A stretch of DNA of 64,000 nucleotides from contig JAJYLN010000006.1 in assembly GCA_021787665.1 (NCBI GenBank), positions 7,912 to 71,911 of the forward strand, in the 5' to 3' direction. The position numbers were made by a program, and so were the translations under genes. This document shows positions 10,155-18,675 of this stretch, piece by piece (the first letter of the stretch is position 1; each line of letters begins with the position of its first letter). A model generated the notes under the pieces. That model was not told where the DNA came from. It did no database searches and saw nothing but the letters and a program-made list of their open reading frames with translations. The DNA comes from a bacterium. Lineage in GTDB: Bacteria; JAMCPX01.

Positions 10155-11039
10155 TTATACCGTAAATACGAGAGCGGGCTGCAACGTCTGCGGAGCAACG
10201 ATCGCCTTTTTCTCCATGAAGGAGGCGATCTTATTTACAAACATATGGTTGAGCGAATGACCACTCTTGTAGCTTGTTATATGACCTTTCAACGAGCCGC
10301 CGAGCGTATACAGGTCTCCCAGCATATCGAGGATCTTATGTCGAACAAACTCATCCCTGAACCGCAAGCCGTCGGTATTCATAACGTCCTTCTCGTCGAG
10401 TACCACGGTATTTTCCATGGATGAGCCTCGTGCAAGCCCGAGGGCCTGCATCGTGGTATAGTCCTTCAGAAAACCGAACGTCCTCGCCTTTGCAAGTTCG
10501 GAATAAAAATGTTCCGGAGAGTTGTGGTACGTATACTGCTGTCTGCGTATCCTGGGGTGATTAAAGTCTATGACGCCGTCTATGATAAGGGTACTCGCCG
10601 GCGTGTATTCTATGTACCCCGTATTGTGCTCGACTCTTACGGTATTATCTAGAAGGATATTTTCTTTTTGGGCGGTGAGCGTGAATATACCCGCGTCGAG
10701 TATTGCGTCCGCAAACAGAGACGCACTGCCATCCCCGCCAGGGACCTCGTCTCCTTCGACCTCGATTATCGCGCTGTCCACACCAAAGCCATGCAAGGTA
10801 CTGAGGAGGTGTTCTACCGTAAAGACTACGAAGTCGTCGTTCCCAATCGTCGTAGCGAACATCGTGCTTTTGACCTTGCTGGAACTCAGCGGAAGGTACC
10901 TCAGGACGTTCCCGACTTTCTTGACGAATAATATACCATCCTTCTCCGAGGCTGGATGTATTATTATTCTCGAAAATTCGCCGGTATGCAGCCCATACCC
11001 CGCACACACAATCCTTTTTTTCAATGTCCTCTTAAACAT
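10155..11039 (-). CDS. lpxC: UDP-3-O-acyl-N-acetylglucosamine deacetylase
   Basis: GYGLHTG, TVEHLLSTL, DGSA, ARTFGF, LARGSSMEN, EFVRHKILDMLGDL, KSGHSLN. Start placed at ATG 11039 (MFKRTLK). Confidence 0.95.
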   Translation of the reverse strand: MFKRTLKKRIVCAGYGLHTGEFSRIIIHPASEKDGILFVKKVGNVLRYLPLSSSKVKSTMFATTIGNDDFVVFTVEHLLSTLHGFGVDSAIIEVEGDEVPGGDGSASLFADAILDAGIFTLTAQKENILLDNTVRVEHNTGYIEYTPASTLIIDGVIDFNHPRIRRQQYTYHNSPEHFYSELAKARTFGFLKDYTTMQALGLARGSSMENTVVLDEKDVMNTDGLRFRDEFVRHKILDMLGDLYTLGGSLKGHITSYKSGHSLNHMFVNKIASFMEKKAIVAPQTLQPALVFTV

Positions 11040-11052
11040 CGGACAAAAATAA

Positions 11053-11068
11053 AGCAATCATCATGCCA
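11053..11068 (-). promoter_or_regulatory. Sigma54 -24/-12 promoter of lpxC
   Basis: Minus strand TGGCATGATGATTGCT: GG-N10-GC in TGGCA...TTGCT context, 14 bp upstream of the ATG. Confidence 0.72.
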
Positions 11069-11085
11069 ATTAAAGTGTTACTATA

Positions 11086-11098
11086 TATCAATCAGTTA
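11086..11098 (+). promoter_or_regulatory. IHF-binding site
   Basis: TATCAATCAGTTA matches WATCAANNNNTTR and lies between the sigma54 box and an upstream palindrome. Confidence 0.55.
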
Positions 11099-11119
11099 AC
11101 TCGATAGGCCGATTCAGAT

Positions 11120-11137
11120 TGTGATGCTAAAATCACA
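11120..11137. promoter_or_regulatory. Palindromic upstream activator site candidate for lpxC
   Basis: TGTGAT-GCTAAA-ATCACA, a perfect 6-6-6 palindrome about 80-95 bp upstream of the predicted start site. Confidence 0.5.
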
Positions 11138-11204
11138 CCTTTTACCGATATATTTGATACGGGGGGGGCAGTTCGTAAACCGCTCCTGCTTTTCGATCGT
11201 GGTA

Positions 11205-11552
11205 TTATGCCACATGAATATGCAACGGAGCTCCGCCCACAACATGGAGGTGGATGTGGTATATGCTCTGGCCTCCCCATTGCTTAACATTAAACACGGC
11301 CTTAAAGCCTTTTTCTGAGATGCCCGTCTTGTCTGCCATCTCTTTAGCCACCAGCATAATTTTCCCCAGTAGTACCTGATCCTGCGGTGTTATGTCGGTA
11401 AGCGTGGGAATGTGCTTCTTGGGGATTATCAAAAGGTGCACCGGAGCGACCGGGTGAAGGTCCTCTATCACGACGACATCGCTGTCTTCGTATACTTTCT
11501 TGGAGGGTATTTTCCCTCCTATGACCTGGCAGAATATGCACGTGTCCATCAT
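11205..11552 (-). CDS. Histidine triad (HIT) nucleotide-binding protein
   Basis: CIFCQVI, DLHPVAPVHLLIIPKKH, HIHLHVVGG; SD AGGAG. Confidence 0.95.
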   Translation of the reverse strand: MMDTCIFCQVIGGKIPSKKVYEDSDVVVIEDLHPVAPVHLLIIPKKHIPTLTDITPQDQVLLGKIMLVAKEMADKTGISEKGFKAVFNVKQWGGQSIYHIHLHVVGGAPLHIHVA

Positions 11553-11614
11553 TATTCTCCTTTCAAGGTTTGGTATCAGGACATGGGTCTGTAACCGAGA
11601 GGCTTATGGTACCG

Positions 11615-12277
11615 TTACAAGGACTGGAACGGGAACGCCTGAATATCTTTTTTTGCCGCGACCCCCATGGTAAGGATAAGTTTGAATGCCTCCTCAATGG
11701 ATATATTGAGCTCGAACAGGTTTTGCTTTTGTACAAAAAGGAAGAAGCCCGAGGTAGGGTTCGGTACTGTCGGGACAAACACGGTAATGCTCTCTCGATC
11801 CTGGGCCGGGCCATTGATCTCGGCCTTACCTACGACGAAACCTACGGCATAGCTGCCCGCCCTCGGGAACTCCACGAGCACCACATGGTTGAATTGCCTC
11901 CTGTTCTCGGTGAAGGCGTCCGTGATCTGCTTTGCTCCATGATAGATGCCTTTAATGAAGGGAATATTCGAAAATACATCCCCCATCAAGTTCAATAGCT
12001 TCTGCCCCATATAGTTATAGGTCATCAGCCCCATGATGAAGATCAGAACAATGGCAATGACAACGCTTATGCCCTTTATCGGTATGTATGTCTGGGGGTT
12101 TATGACACTCGGCAGTATGTTCAGCAGGCTGTCAGACCACGAAACCACGATCTTGAGGATAAAAATCGTGATGATTATGGGGATATAGACAGCTATGCCG
12201 GCTATAAAGATGTTCCGTATCCTGACACTGAGCTTTTTTTTGATCCGGCTTATCTGTGGGATTGAACTATTCAGCAA
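11615..12277 (-). CDS. DUF502 family membrane protein
   Basis: FIAGIAVYIPIIIT, IPFIKGIY, VLVEFPR, VFVPTVPNPTSGF. Confidence 0.9.
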   Translation of the reverse strand: MLNSSIPQISRIKKKLSVRIRNIFIAGIAVYIPIIITIFILKIVVSWSDSLLNILPSVINPQTYIPIKGISVVIAIVLIFIMGLMTYNYMGQKLLNLMGDVFSNIPFIKGIYHGAKQITDAFTENRRQFNHVVLVEFPRAGSYAVGFVVGKAEINGPAQDRESITVFVPTVPNPTSGFFLFVQKQNLFELNISIEEAFKLILTMGVAAKKDIQAFPFQSL

Positions 12278-12665
12278 AGATGTCCTCTTCTATGGAGCCT
12301 TTCTCGTTTTCTATATATGATACCAGATAAGTTCTGCTTTGCTCGTCGAGTTTCAGGAACTTTATACCCATTCCCGGGAGGGCATTGCTGGTTGGCTCTG
12401 TACCGGGCACATACCGGTGCGACCATATGACCTCTCCCTTTGTCTCGATAAGCTTTATCGCCCCCGGTAACCTGAACCGTATGTCGAGCAGCAGGCCTTT
12501 TTCGAGAGGTGCTTCCGTTTGAATGAGAAAACCGCCTACACTTATATCGGTAGTATAATCTATCTTAAAATTATTGCCTCCTTCTATCGATAGGAGCACC
12601 GGTATGCATATCAGTTTTCTTTGACGCTTCCTTGCCCGATGTAACAGATTCAACTCATCGTTCAT
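12267..12665 (-). CDS. Single-domain PilZ protein (c-di-GMP receptor)
   Basis: RKRQR (RxxxR) and DISVGG (DxSxxG) motifs, followed by GEVIW...PGMGIKF. Confidence 0.88.
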   Translation of the reverse strand: MNDELNLLHRARKRQRKLICIPVLLSIEGGNNFKIDYTTDISVGGFLIQTEAPLEKGLLLDIRFRLPGAIKLIETKGEVIWSHRYVPGTEPTSNALPGMGIKFLKLDEQSRTYLVSYIENEKGSIEEDIFAE

Positions 12666-13056
12666 ACGGTGTGACTTCTAAGAGCAGGCTCCTTGTTCGT
12701 GGACCGTCGAACTCGCAGAAGAAGACGGACTGCCACGTACCGAGCACAAGCCTGCTGTTTTCAACAAACAACGACAGGGTTACGCCTATCATACTCGACT
12801 TGATATGGGCGTCAGCGTTGCCTTCCTTGTGATTGTAAGCTCTATTGACTGGCGCTATTCTTTCGAGTGTATCCAGTATGTCCTGCTTTACGGCAGGGTC
12901 TGCGTTCTCGTTAATCGTAATACCGCTGGTCGTATGCGGTACAAACAGATAACAAATGCCTCTCACAATACCCAGCTTTCTGAGCATACCGTTGATCTCC
13001 GGCGTAACGTCGATCAACTCTATCCTTTTTTTTGTAGCAACGGATATATGTTTCAT
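12655..13056 (-). CDS. YjbQ / UPF0047 family protein
   Basis: LFVPHTTSGITINENADP, HKEGNADAHIK, LGTWQSVFFCEFDGPR. Confidence 0.92.
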   Translation of the reverse strand: MKHISVATKKRIELIDVTPEINGMLRKLGIVRGICYLFVPHTTSGITINENADPAVKQDILDTLERIAPVNRAYNHKEGNADAHIKSSMIGVTLSLFVENSRLVLGTWQSVFFCEFDGPRTRSLLLEVTPYER

Positions 13057-13071
13057 GGGTAAAACCATCTT

Positions 13072-13101
13072 AAAAAACAAGCCCCTGTGTCACAGGGGCT
13101 T
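13072..13101 (-). terminator. Intrinsic terminator downstream of the 320-aa lipoprotein
   Basis: AAGCCCCTGTG-T-CACAGGGGCTT hairpin followed by GTTTTTT on the minus strand. Confidence 0.75.
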
Positions 13102-13146
13102 GCCAACGAAGACACATACATGGGGCAACCTCTTCCATCGGGTGTG

Positions 13147-14109
13147 TTAGGGTGCCGTGGGCGGTTGAATATTGGATATGCTTACAGAATTTGTGATTGA
13201 TTCCGCATAGCTCTGTCCAAGCACGGTCGTAGTGGTATCACCAGCAGACAGCACGCCCGTAGCAACCAGGTAATAATCCCCCGGGGGTGTATTCAGTGAA
13301 ACGAATATCCCATCGTTCGATGTCATCGTGAGCGTGGGATCCGGGATGTCTCCCAGCCCCGCCGCAGTCTTGAAGTAAATCATATTGGTGGCAACAGTCT
13401 TGCCCGTATTTTTATCGACGACCGAGACGGTAGCATTCTCTATGGGGTTGCCGTTGCAGTCCCACACGGTGCCGGCTATGGCGCCGTTCGACCAGTTCTG
13501 CGTAGCATGTGCCAGCGCGCTGACGAGGCTTACCGTGCCGGACGATATGATCAGAACTTGAAAGAGTGAACCCGCATCGGCCGCAGAGAGGATATCGCCA
13601 AACTGGTATGTGTCCTGATAGTTCGTCATGGACGCCTTTGCCACAAACGGGATCCCCGTCGGAAGTGTGACGGTAACCGTTCCATCCGCGCCGGTCGTAT
13701 CTACTATAGTGGGCGTAGCGCTACCGACCGTATTCGACGTCATCGTAAAGAACGATACCTCCGCCCCTCCGACTGCAGCTTTGGTCTGGAAGTCCGTTGC
13801 GGTCACATCAACGCTGATCGGGCCCGTAGCAGCGATGGTGGAACAGGAGTAGTACGAGCCACCGTTCGCTATTACGATAGGTGGTGGTAGAGGCTGTTGT
13901 TTCGGCGATGGTGTCTGTGACGACGTTGGACCGGAGGGACAGCCGAGCAGCTTCTTCATATCGGAAGACAGACTCTGTGAACAGGTAGCACTGTTTACCC
14001 CGGCGGGCACATAGCCCGGTCCTCCGCTGCAACCACTAAAGACCATTGTCAAATAAATAAGCGCTGATAGTGCAAAAAGTCTCGTCAACTTTCTGGTTAC
14101 AAGCTTCAT
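13147..14109 (-). CDS. Orphan lipoprotein, Thr/Ser/Pro-rich, with carboxypeptidase-regulatory-like beta domain(s)
   Basis: Signal peptide with lipobox FSG-C; GAIAGTVWDCNGNPIENATVSV; SD AGGAGG; own promoter and terminator. Confidence 0.8.
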   Translation of the reverse strand: MKLVTRKLTRLFALSALIYLTMVFSGCSGGPGYVPAGVNSATCSQSLSSDMKKLLGCPSGPTSSQTPSPKQQPLPPPIVIANGGSYYSCSTIAATGPISVDVTATDFQTKAAVGGAEVSFFTMTSNTVGSATPTIVDTTGADGTVTVTLPTGIPFVAKASMTNYQDTYQFGDILSAADAGSLFQVLIISSGTVSLVSALAHATQNWSNGAIAGTVWDCNGNPIENATVSVVDKNTGKTVATNMIYFKTAAGLGDIPDPTLTMTSNDGIFVSLNTPPGDYYLVATGVLSAGDTTTTVLGQSYAESITNSVSISNIQPPTAP

Positions 14110-14133
14110 AGAGAGCCTCCTTTTATTTTTTTA

Positions 14134-14162
14134 AATATACAGAAGCATTTATGGTATGTCAA
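14134..14162 (-). promoter_or_regulatory. Strong sigma70 promoter of the lipoprotein gene
   Basis: TTGACA (14162-14157), 17 bp, TG-TATATT (14139-14134). Confidence 0.7.
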
Positions 14163-14191
14163 GAACATGTAAAGACTGATCCCGCGGGTAA

Positions 14192-14467
14192 CTATTCTTT
14201 TATTACCTCGAGCACTATCTTCGATGCCACCCCCTTCCCTATTGCTGCCTTCGTCCCTTCTGCCGCTACAATTAAGGGACCGGCCGACGTATTTAAGACC
14301 CTGACCGTACTCCCCGTGCGGATACCGATATTGAGAAGCTTCTTGAGGACCCCCATACCGCCTGAGATATGTCTGACAACTCCTTTCTCTCCCGCTTTAA
14401 GGTCAGAGAGCGGCAGCAGAACACCGGACTGCGCCTTATCGTCTTCCCTGCTGTATGTCGCTTCCAT
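14192..14467 (-). CDS. feoA: FeoA family (SH3-like) ferrous iron transport protein A
   Basis: LSDLKAGEKGVV...KKLLNIGIRTGSTVRV...GPLIV...AIGKGVASKI. Start placed at ATG 14467. Confidence 0.88.
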   Translation of the reverse strand: MEATYSREDDKAQSGVLLPLSDLKAGEKGVVRHISGGMGVLKKLLNIGIRTGSTVRVLNTSAGPLIVAAEGTKAAIGKGVASKIVLEVIKE

Positions 14468-14474
14468 GCTTTTA

Positions 14475-14503
14475 TTGATAATGATTTTCAACAGCGTTGT
14501 CAA
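14475..14503 (-). promoter_or_regulatory. feoA promoter with overlapping Fur box
   Basis: TTGACA (14503-14498), 17 bp, TATCAA (14480-14475). TGAAAAT-C-ATTATCA differs by one base from the 7-1-7 Fur consensus TGATAAT-N-ATTATCA. Confidence 0.8.
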
Positions 14504-14639
14504 CAATTGTTTGATGTGGCCGGCATTGAACAAAAGCGATGCTTCATCGTTATGAAGAGTAAAAAGGACTATCTCTCATAAGGGCTTATAAAAAAGCATG
14601 GCCCCTACGGAATGCCGATGCGGTCGAGGTAGGTTATCA

Positions 14640-14910
14640 GGATAGTTGTACTATCGGGGGAAACCCCATCAGGGAAATATCGCTGCGACAGACTCAGCTC
14701 ACAACAGAGAGAAGGGGACCGTCCACTTTAGCATTGCTCCCTTCCTAAAGAACAGGAAAATCGGTGCACAGGTCGGTAAGGTAAATGTATTACGTAGGCA
14801 CGGCTCACCCCGATGTTCCCTTTGCCTTTGCCACGCTTAAAAGCAAATCGTGGATGACAAGATAAGGATACAAACCTATCTATGCTTGCCCTTTATTCGG
14901 CTTATAGAGA
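14640..14910 (+). pseudogene. Possible heavily decayed sigma54-activator (bEBP) AAA+ fragment
   Basis: One frame reads VVLSGETPSGK...RPL*HCSLP...IT*A...KANRG*, then after a shift DKI.IQ..L..FIRL. This echoes GETGxGK / PF...C..LP / GAFTGA / AxGG / DEI..LQ in order and spacing, but with several stops. Weak. Confidence 0.25.
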
Positions 14911-15017
14911 TACGCGGATACTTTTCTGCTCACACCATTATACATGGTTGTCACGGCGTAGTGCAATAACTCGTACATCACACCTAACGCTATAAAAGTA
15001 AACTTTAAGAACCACAT
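14880..15017 (-). CDS. Unannotated 45-aa small protein with hydrophobic N-terminus
   Basis: MWFLKFTFIALGVMYELLHYAVTTMYNGVSRKVSAYLYKPNKGQA*. SD AAGGGAGG 8 nt upstream and a sigma54 box just upstream. Below the ORF-track cutoff. Confidence 0.6.
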   Translation of the reverse strand: MWFLKFTFIALGVMYELLHYAVTTMYNGVSRKVSAYLYKPNKGQA

Positions 15018-15055
15018 AGCCTTTGCCTCCCTTATATTCACAATCGTCAGTAGGA

Positions 15056-15071
15056 TGCATTTTATGTGCCA
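15056..15071 (-). promoter_or_regulatory. Sigma54 -24/-12 promoter candidate
   Basis: Minus strand TGGCACATAAAATGCA (GG-N10-GC). Predicted start near 15045, upstream of the SD of the 45-aa ORF. Confidence 0.6.
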
Positions 15072-15200
15072 GCAACCATTCGTTATATTTCAGATAGTTA
15101 TCATGTTCGATCGTGATTTATTTGTAGAGCGATCGTTAGAATAATATCACAATAGTCACGCAAGGAGACCTGTCCGTCTACGGGTATGTTCTGTTTCTGC

Positions 15201-15229
15201 TTGACTTAAAAAGCTTTTGAAGCTACCAG
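15201..15229 (+). promoter_or_regulatory. Sigma70-type promoter of the CaCA-hppA operon (leaderless-type)
   Basis: TTGACT, 17 bp, TACCAG; ATG 7 nt later with no SD. Confidence 0.45.
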
Positions 15230-15235
15230 ATTTCT

Positions 15236-16411
15236 ATGCATTGGCTTTTCGGCCTTATCCCGAATCTTATAAACACTATATACCCTAGCAGTTCAGGTGC
15301 GATACATGCACTGTGGACGTTCCCTGCAATCGTGCTGCTCGCCCTCGTGATCTCCTTGGGGGCAGACTCTGCACAATATTATATATCCCAGGGACTCGCG
15401 CTTGCCATACTTGCATGGATGCAAACGGCGCCGGAATTCATGGTCGAAGCAGACCTTGCATGGCACAAAGAGGTACACCTGCTGCTCGCCAACCTCACGG
15501 GATCGTTACGGCTCCTTACCGGCCTCGGGCTTCCCCTCGTATTCTTCGTATCCTACCTCTACCATGGTAGGGGCGGAAAGAATACAACCATCCATATAGA
15601 CTCGGCACATTCCATAGAGGTGGTCTCCTTTACGGCAGGGGTTTTGTATCTTGTTGTCGTTTATGTGAAGGGCAGCTTGACCATGCTCGACGGCATACTA
15701 TTGCTGTTGCTCTACCTTATCTATCTGTTCTTCCTAACCAGGTTGCCTTCACGGGAGAAAGGGGAGCCGGCGAAGATGGAATATGTTCCGGGCAAGATTA
15801 TGCATATGAGCAGATGGTACAGATCAGCATCGATCCTCGCCTTATTCGTCATAGGAGGGGTCGGGCTCATTCTCGTGGTCGGTCCCTTTATAAACAGCAT
15901 GAAAGGCGTTGCCGTGGCCGTGGGCGTCTCGGATTTTGTTTTTATCCAATGGTTATCACCGTTCCTTTCGGAGTTCCCGGAGAAGTTGAGCGCGTTCATG
16001 TGGACAAAAAAGGAAGAGGGCACGACGATGGGTCTTATGAATATTGTGTCTTCGACCGTGAACCAGCTCACTCTATTGCCGGCGCTCCTCCCCTTCATCT
16101 ATGCTTACGCTGTCGGAAGCGTGACTCCGATCCAGTTCGGTGCCCATCAAAGATCGGAGATACTCCTCACGATTGCCCAATGCAGCACCACCATAGTACT
16201 TTTGGTTGACATGAAATTCAGTTCGTATGAAGCAGGCGGTTTGTTTATTATATGGTGTATACAATTCTTTGTACCCGCAGCGAGGACTATCGTAACGATG
16301 ATCTTTTTTCTATGGACGTTGACGGAAATAGGTTTGATAGTGTTAAAGGTTAAGGGAGTGGATTCGGTAGAGAATTTTATCGGCACCTATAAAAGGTATA
16401 TTAAAACTTAA
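15236..16411 (+). CDS. CaCA-superfamily (Na+/Ca2+ or H+/Ca2+) cation antiporter-like membrane protein
   Basis: About 10 hydrophobic segments with two alpha-repeat-like motifs, QTAPEF and LSEFPEK. Confidence 0.75.
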   Translation: MHWLFGLIPNLINTIYPSSSGAIHALWTFPAIVLLALVISLGADSAQYYISQGLALAILAWMQTAPEFMVEADLAWHKEVHLLLANLTGSLRLLTGLGLPLVFFVSYLYHGRGGKNTTIHIDSAHSIEVVSFTAGVLYLVVVYVKGSLTMLDGILLLLLYLIYLFFLTRLPSREKGEPAKMEYVPGKIMHMSRWYRSASILALFVIGGVGLILVVGPFINSMKGVAVAVGVSDFVFIQWLSPFLSEFPEKLSAFMWTKKEEGTTMGLMNIVSSTVNQLTLLPALLPFIYAYAVGSVTPIQFGAHQRSEILLTIAQCSTTIVLLVDMKFSSYEAGGLFIIWCIQFFVPAARTIVTMIFFLWTLTEIGLIVLKVKGVDSVENFIGTYKRYIKT

Positions 16412-16425
16412 AGAAGGAGGAACAT

Positions 16426-18579
16426 ATGGCAGGTCAAACGTTGAGTCCGGAGTTAATCCTGACTTTCATTATCGTGGTCAGTCTCGTATCATTGGGATAC
16501 GCGGGCTGGCTGGCTAGGTGGGTCCTGAAAAAAGACATGGGAACACCAAAGATGCAGGAGATCAGCAATGCGATCAAGGAAGGAGCCGTGGCATTTTTGA
16601 ACAGACAGTACAAAACGATCATCGGCCTCGCCGTCCTTACCGCGATTATCATCTTCGCCATTTATCTTGGTGTACAGCACAATACGGGACTTGCGGTAAA
16701 AACAGGTATTGCCTTCATATTCGGTTCTTTTTCATCTGCGATTGCGGGATATGTCGGCATGCACATCTCTATCAGATCGAATATCAGAACGGCAGCGGCA
16801 TCAACGAGGAGCCTGGATGAGGCACTGAAGGTATCGCTCCGCGGCGGGGCTGTCTCAGGTATGACGATAGTTGCAATGAGCTTGCTCGGTATCGCGTTAC
16901 TGTTTCTGATATACGGAGGTCTTAGTAATCCGCAGCACGTTCCCTACATGATCGTCGGATACGGGTTCGGCGCAAGCTTCGTGGCATTGTTTGCTCAGCT
17001 CGGCGGCGGTATCTATACCAAGGCCGCCGATGTCGGCGCGGATCTCGTCGGTAAGGTGGAGGCAGGCATCCCTGAAGATGACCCGCGCAACCCTGCCGTT
17101 ATAGCTGACCTCGTCGGAGACAATGTCGGTGACTGTGCAGGAAGGGGAGCTGACCTCTTTGAATCAACGGCTGCTGAGAACATCGGTGCAATGATCCTCG
17201 GTATAGCCCTGTACCCGTACTTCCACATATACGGCATCCTGTTTCCTCTCCTGGCGAGGGCCTTCGGCCTTATCGCCGCTGCGTTCGGGATCCTCGTCGT
17301 GAGGACAAAGGAAGACGGAGATCCGATGCAGGCATTAAACAGAGGTTATTACCTGACCAGTTTCCTGGCCGCAATCGGTTTTTTAATTGCAACAGAGACT
17401 ATGCTTCAGGGAAATATGTGGTATTTCGGTGCAGGACTGGTGGGCATTCTGACCAGTGTTGCGTTTGTATATATCACGCAGTACTACACGGAATATAAAT
17501 ACAGACCCGTAAAAGAGATCGCCGAGGCTGCAAAAACGGGCCCTGCCACGGTCATTATCACCGGTATTGCCGTTGCATTCGAGAATACCGTGCTGCCCGC
17601 AATCGTCATTGGCATCGCCCTGCTAATCTCCTACTACTTCGGGGTAAAGGGCAGTGCTGATCTGCACGGTGTGACCGGGGGCGGATTCTTCGGTACGGCT
17701 ATAGCGACTATGGGTATGCTTTCTACATCTGCTTACATTCTTGCTATGGATACCTTCGGACCGATAACCGACAATGCAGGAGGTATTATCGAGATGTCGC
17801 AGGCGCCTGAAGAGATCAGAAAGAAGACGGACAGACTCGATGCCGTAGGCAATACGACCAAGGCATTGACCAAAGGCTATGCGATCGGTAGCGCTGCACT
17901 CGCAGCCTTTCTGCTGTTCAATGCGTATCTTGATACGGTCGGTCAGTTAATGGCGAAATCTGGTCAATACTTATCGCAGACAGCGCAGCAGATCTATAAC
18001 CGTGCACATACCATTAATCTCGCGGATGTCCATGTATTCGTTGCCGCTTTACTCGGAGCTATGCTGGTGTTCATATTTGCGGCGCTGGCGATATCGGCCG
18101 TCGGTAAGGCTGCCTACTCCGTCATAGGCGATGTCAGGGACCAGTTTAAAGAAAACCCGGGCATCATGAAGGGGACTGCAAAGCCCGACTACGGACGTAC
18201 CGTCGACATCGTAACGAGGACGGCATTGAAGAAGATGGTACTCCCGGGGATTCTGCCGATACTGGCACCTATTGCGATAGGCTTGCTATTCAAACAGTTC
18301 GGCTTCGGAGCACAGGCGGTTGCCGGTTTCCTGATGGTTGCAACGATTACAGGCGTACTCCTTGCGATTGTTCTGAATAACGGCGGTGGTGCATGGGACA
18401 ATGCGAAGAAGTACATCGAGACCGGCGCATTCGGTGGCAAGAAATCAGATGCACACAAGGCAGCAGTCGTGGGAGACACGGTAGGAGACCCGTTCAAAGA
18501 CACAGCAGGACCATCTATCCACGTTCTCATCAAGCTGCTCGCAACGGTGACCCTTGTCATGGCCCCGCTGTTCCTGTAA
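16426..18579 (+). CDS. hppA: Membrane H+-translocating pyrophosphatase, K+-independent type
   Basis: [62 protein letters not shown] (Lys determinant), [14 protein letters not shown]. Confidence 0.97.
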   Translation: MAGQTLSPELILTFIIVVSLVSLGYAGWLARWVLKKDMGTPKMQEISNAIKEGAVAFLNRQYKTIIGLAVLTAIIIFAIYLGVQHNTGLAVKTGIAFIFGSFSSAIAGYVGMHISIRSNIRTAAASTRSLDEALKVSLRGGAVSGMTIVAMSLLGIALLFLIYGGLSNPQHVPYMIVGYGFGASFVALFAQLGGGIYTKAADVGADLVGKVEAGIPEDDPRNPAVIADLVGDNVGDCAGRGADLFESTAAENIGAMILGIALYPYFHIYGILFPLLARAFGLIAAAFGILVVRTKEDGDPMQALNRGYYLTSFLAAIGFLIATETMLQGNMWYFGAGLVGILTSVAFVYITQYYTEYKYRPVKEIAEAAKTGPATVIITGIAVAFENTVLPAIVIGIALLISYYFGVKGSADLHGVTGGGFFGTAIATMGMLSTSAYILAMDTFGPITDNAGGIIEMSQAPEEIRKKTDRLDAVGNTTKALTKGYAIGSAALAAFLLFNAYLDTVGQLMAKSGQYLSQTAQQIYNRAHTINLADVHVFVAALLGAMLVFIFAALAISAVGKAAYSVIGDVRDQFKENPGIMKGTAKPDYGRTVDIVTRTALKKMVLPGILPILAPIAIGLLFKQFGFGAQAVAGFLMVATITGVLLAIVLNNGGGAWDNAKKYIETGAFGGKKSDAHKAAVVGDTVGDPFKDTAGPSIHVLIKLLATVTLVMAPLFL

Positions 18580-18607
18580 GCTGTAAAGAGTTTACATCGA
18601 TACGCTC

Positions 18608-18637
18608 AAGTCCCGCTGAAAACAGCGGGACTTTTTT
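18608..18637 (+). terminator. Intrinsic terminator after hppA
   Basis: AAGTCCCGCTG-AAAA-CAGCGGGACTT followed by a T run. Confidence 0.88.
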
Positions 18638-18675
18638 ATTTGCATTTATTTTATTTACACCCTACATACTATTTC

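Noticed and set aside
14598-14640. Minus-strand end ...GGGGCCA resembling a tRNA/tmRNA 3' end
   Set aside because: No T-arm (TTCGA) and no acceptor-stem partner.
14690-14740. SD plus ATG CTA AAG TGG (MLKW...VAAIF) reminiscent of DUF1328 small proteins
   Set aside because: A stop after 11 codons and more stops beyond; the similarity is too short.
14590-14910. Possible RNase P RNA (GGGGGAAACCCC, CAACAGAGAG, TTCGGCTTAT)
   Set aside because: The universally conserved GAGGAAAGTCC and a P1 pairing are absent; the matches are short and scattered.
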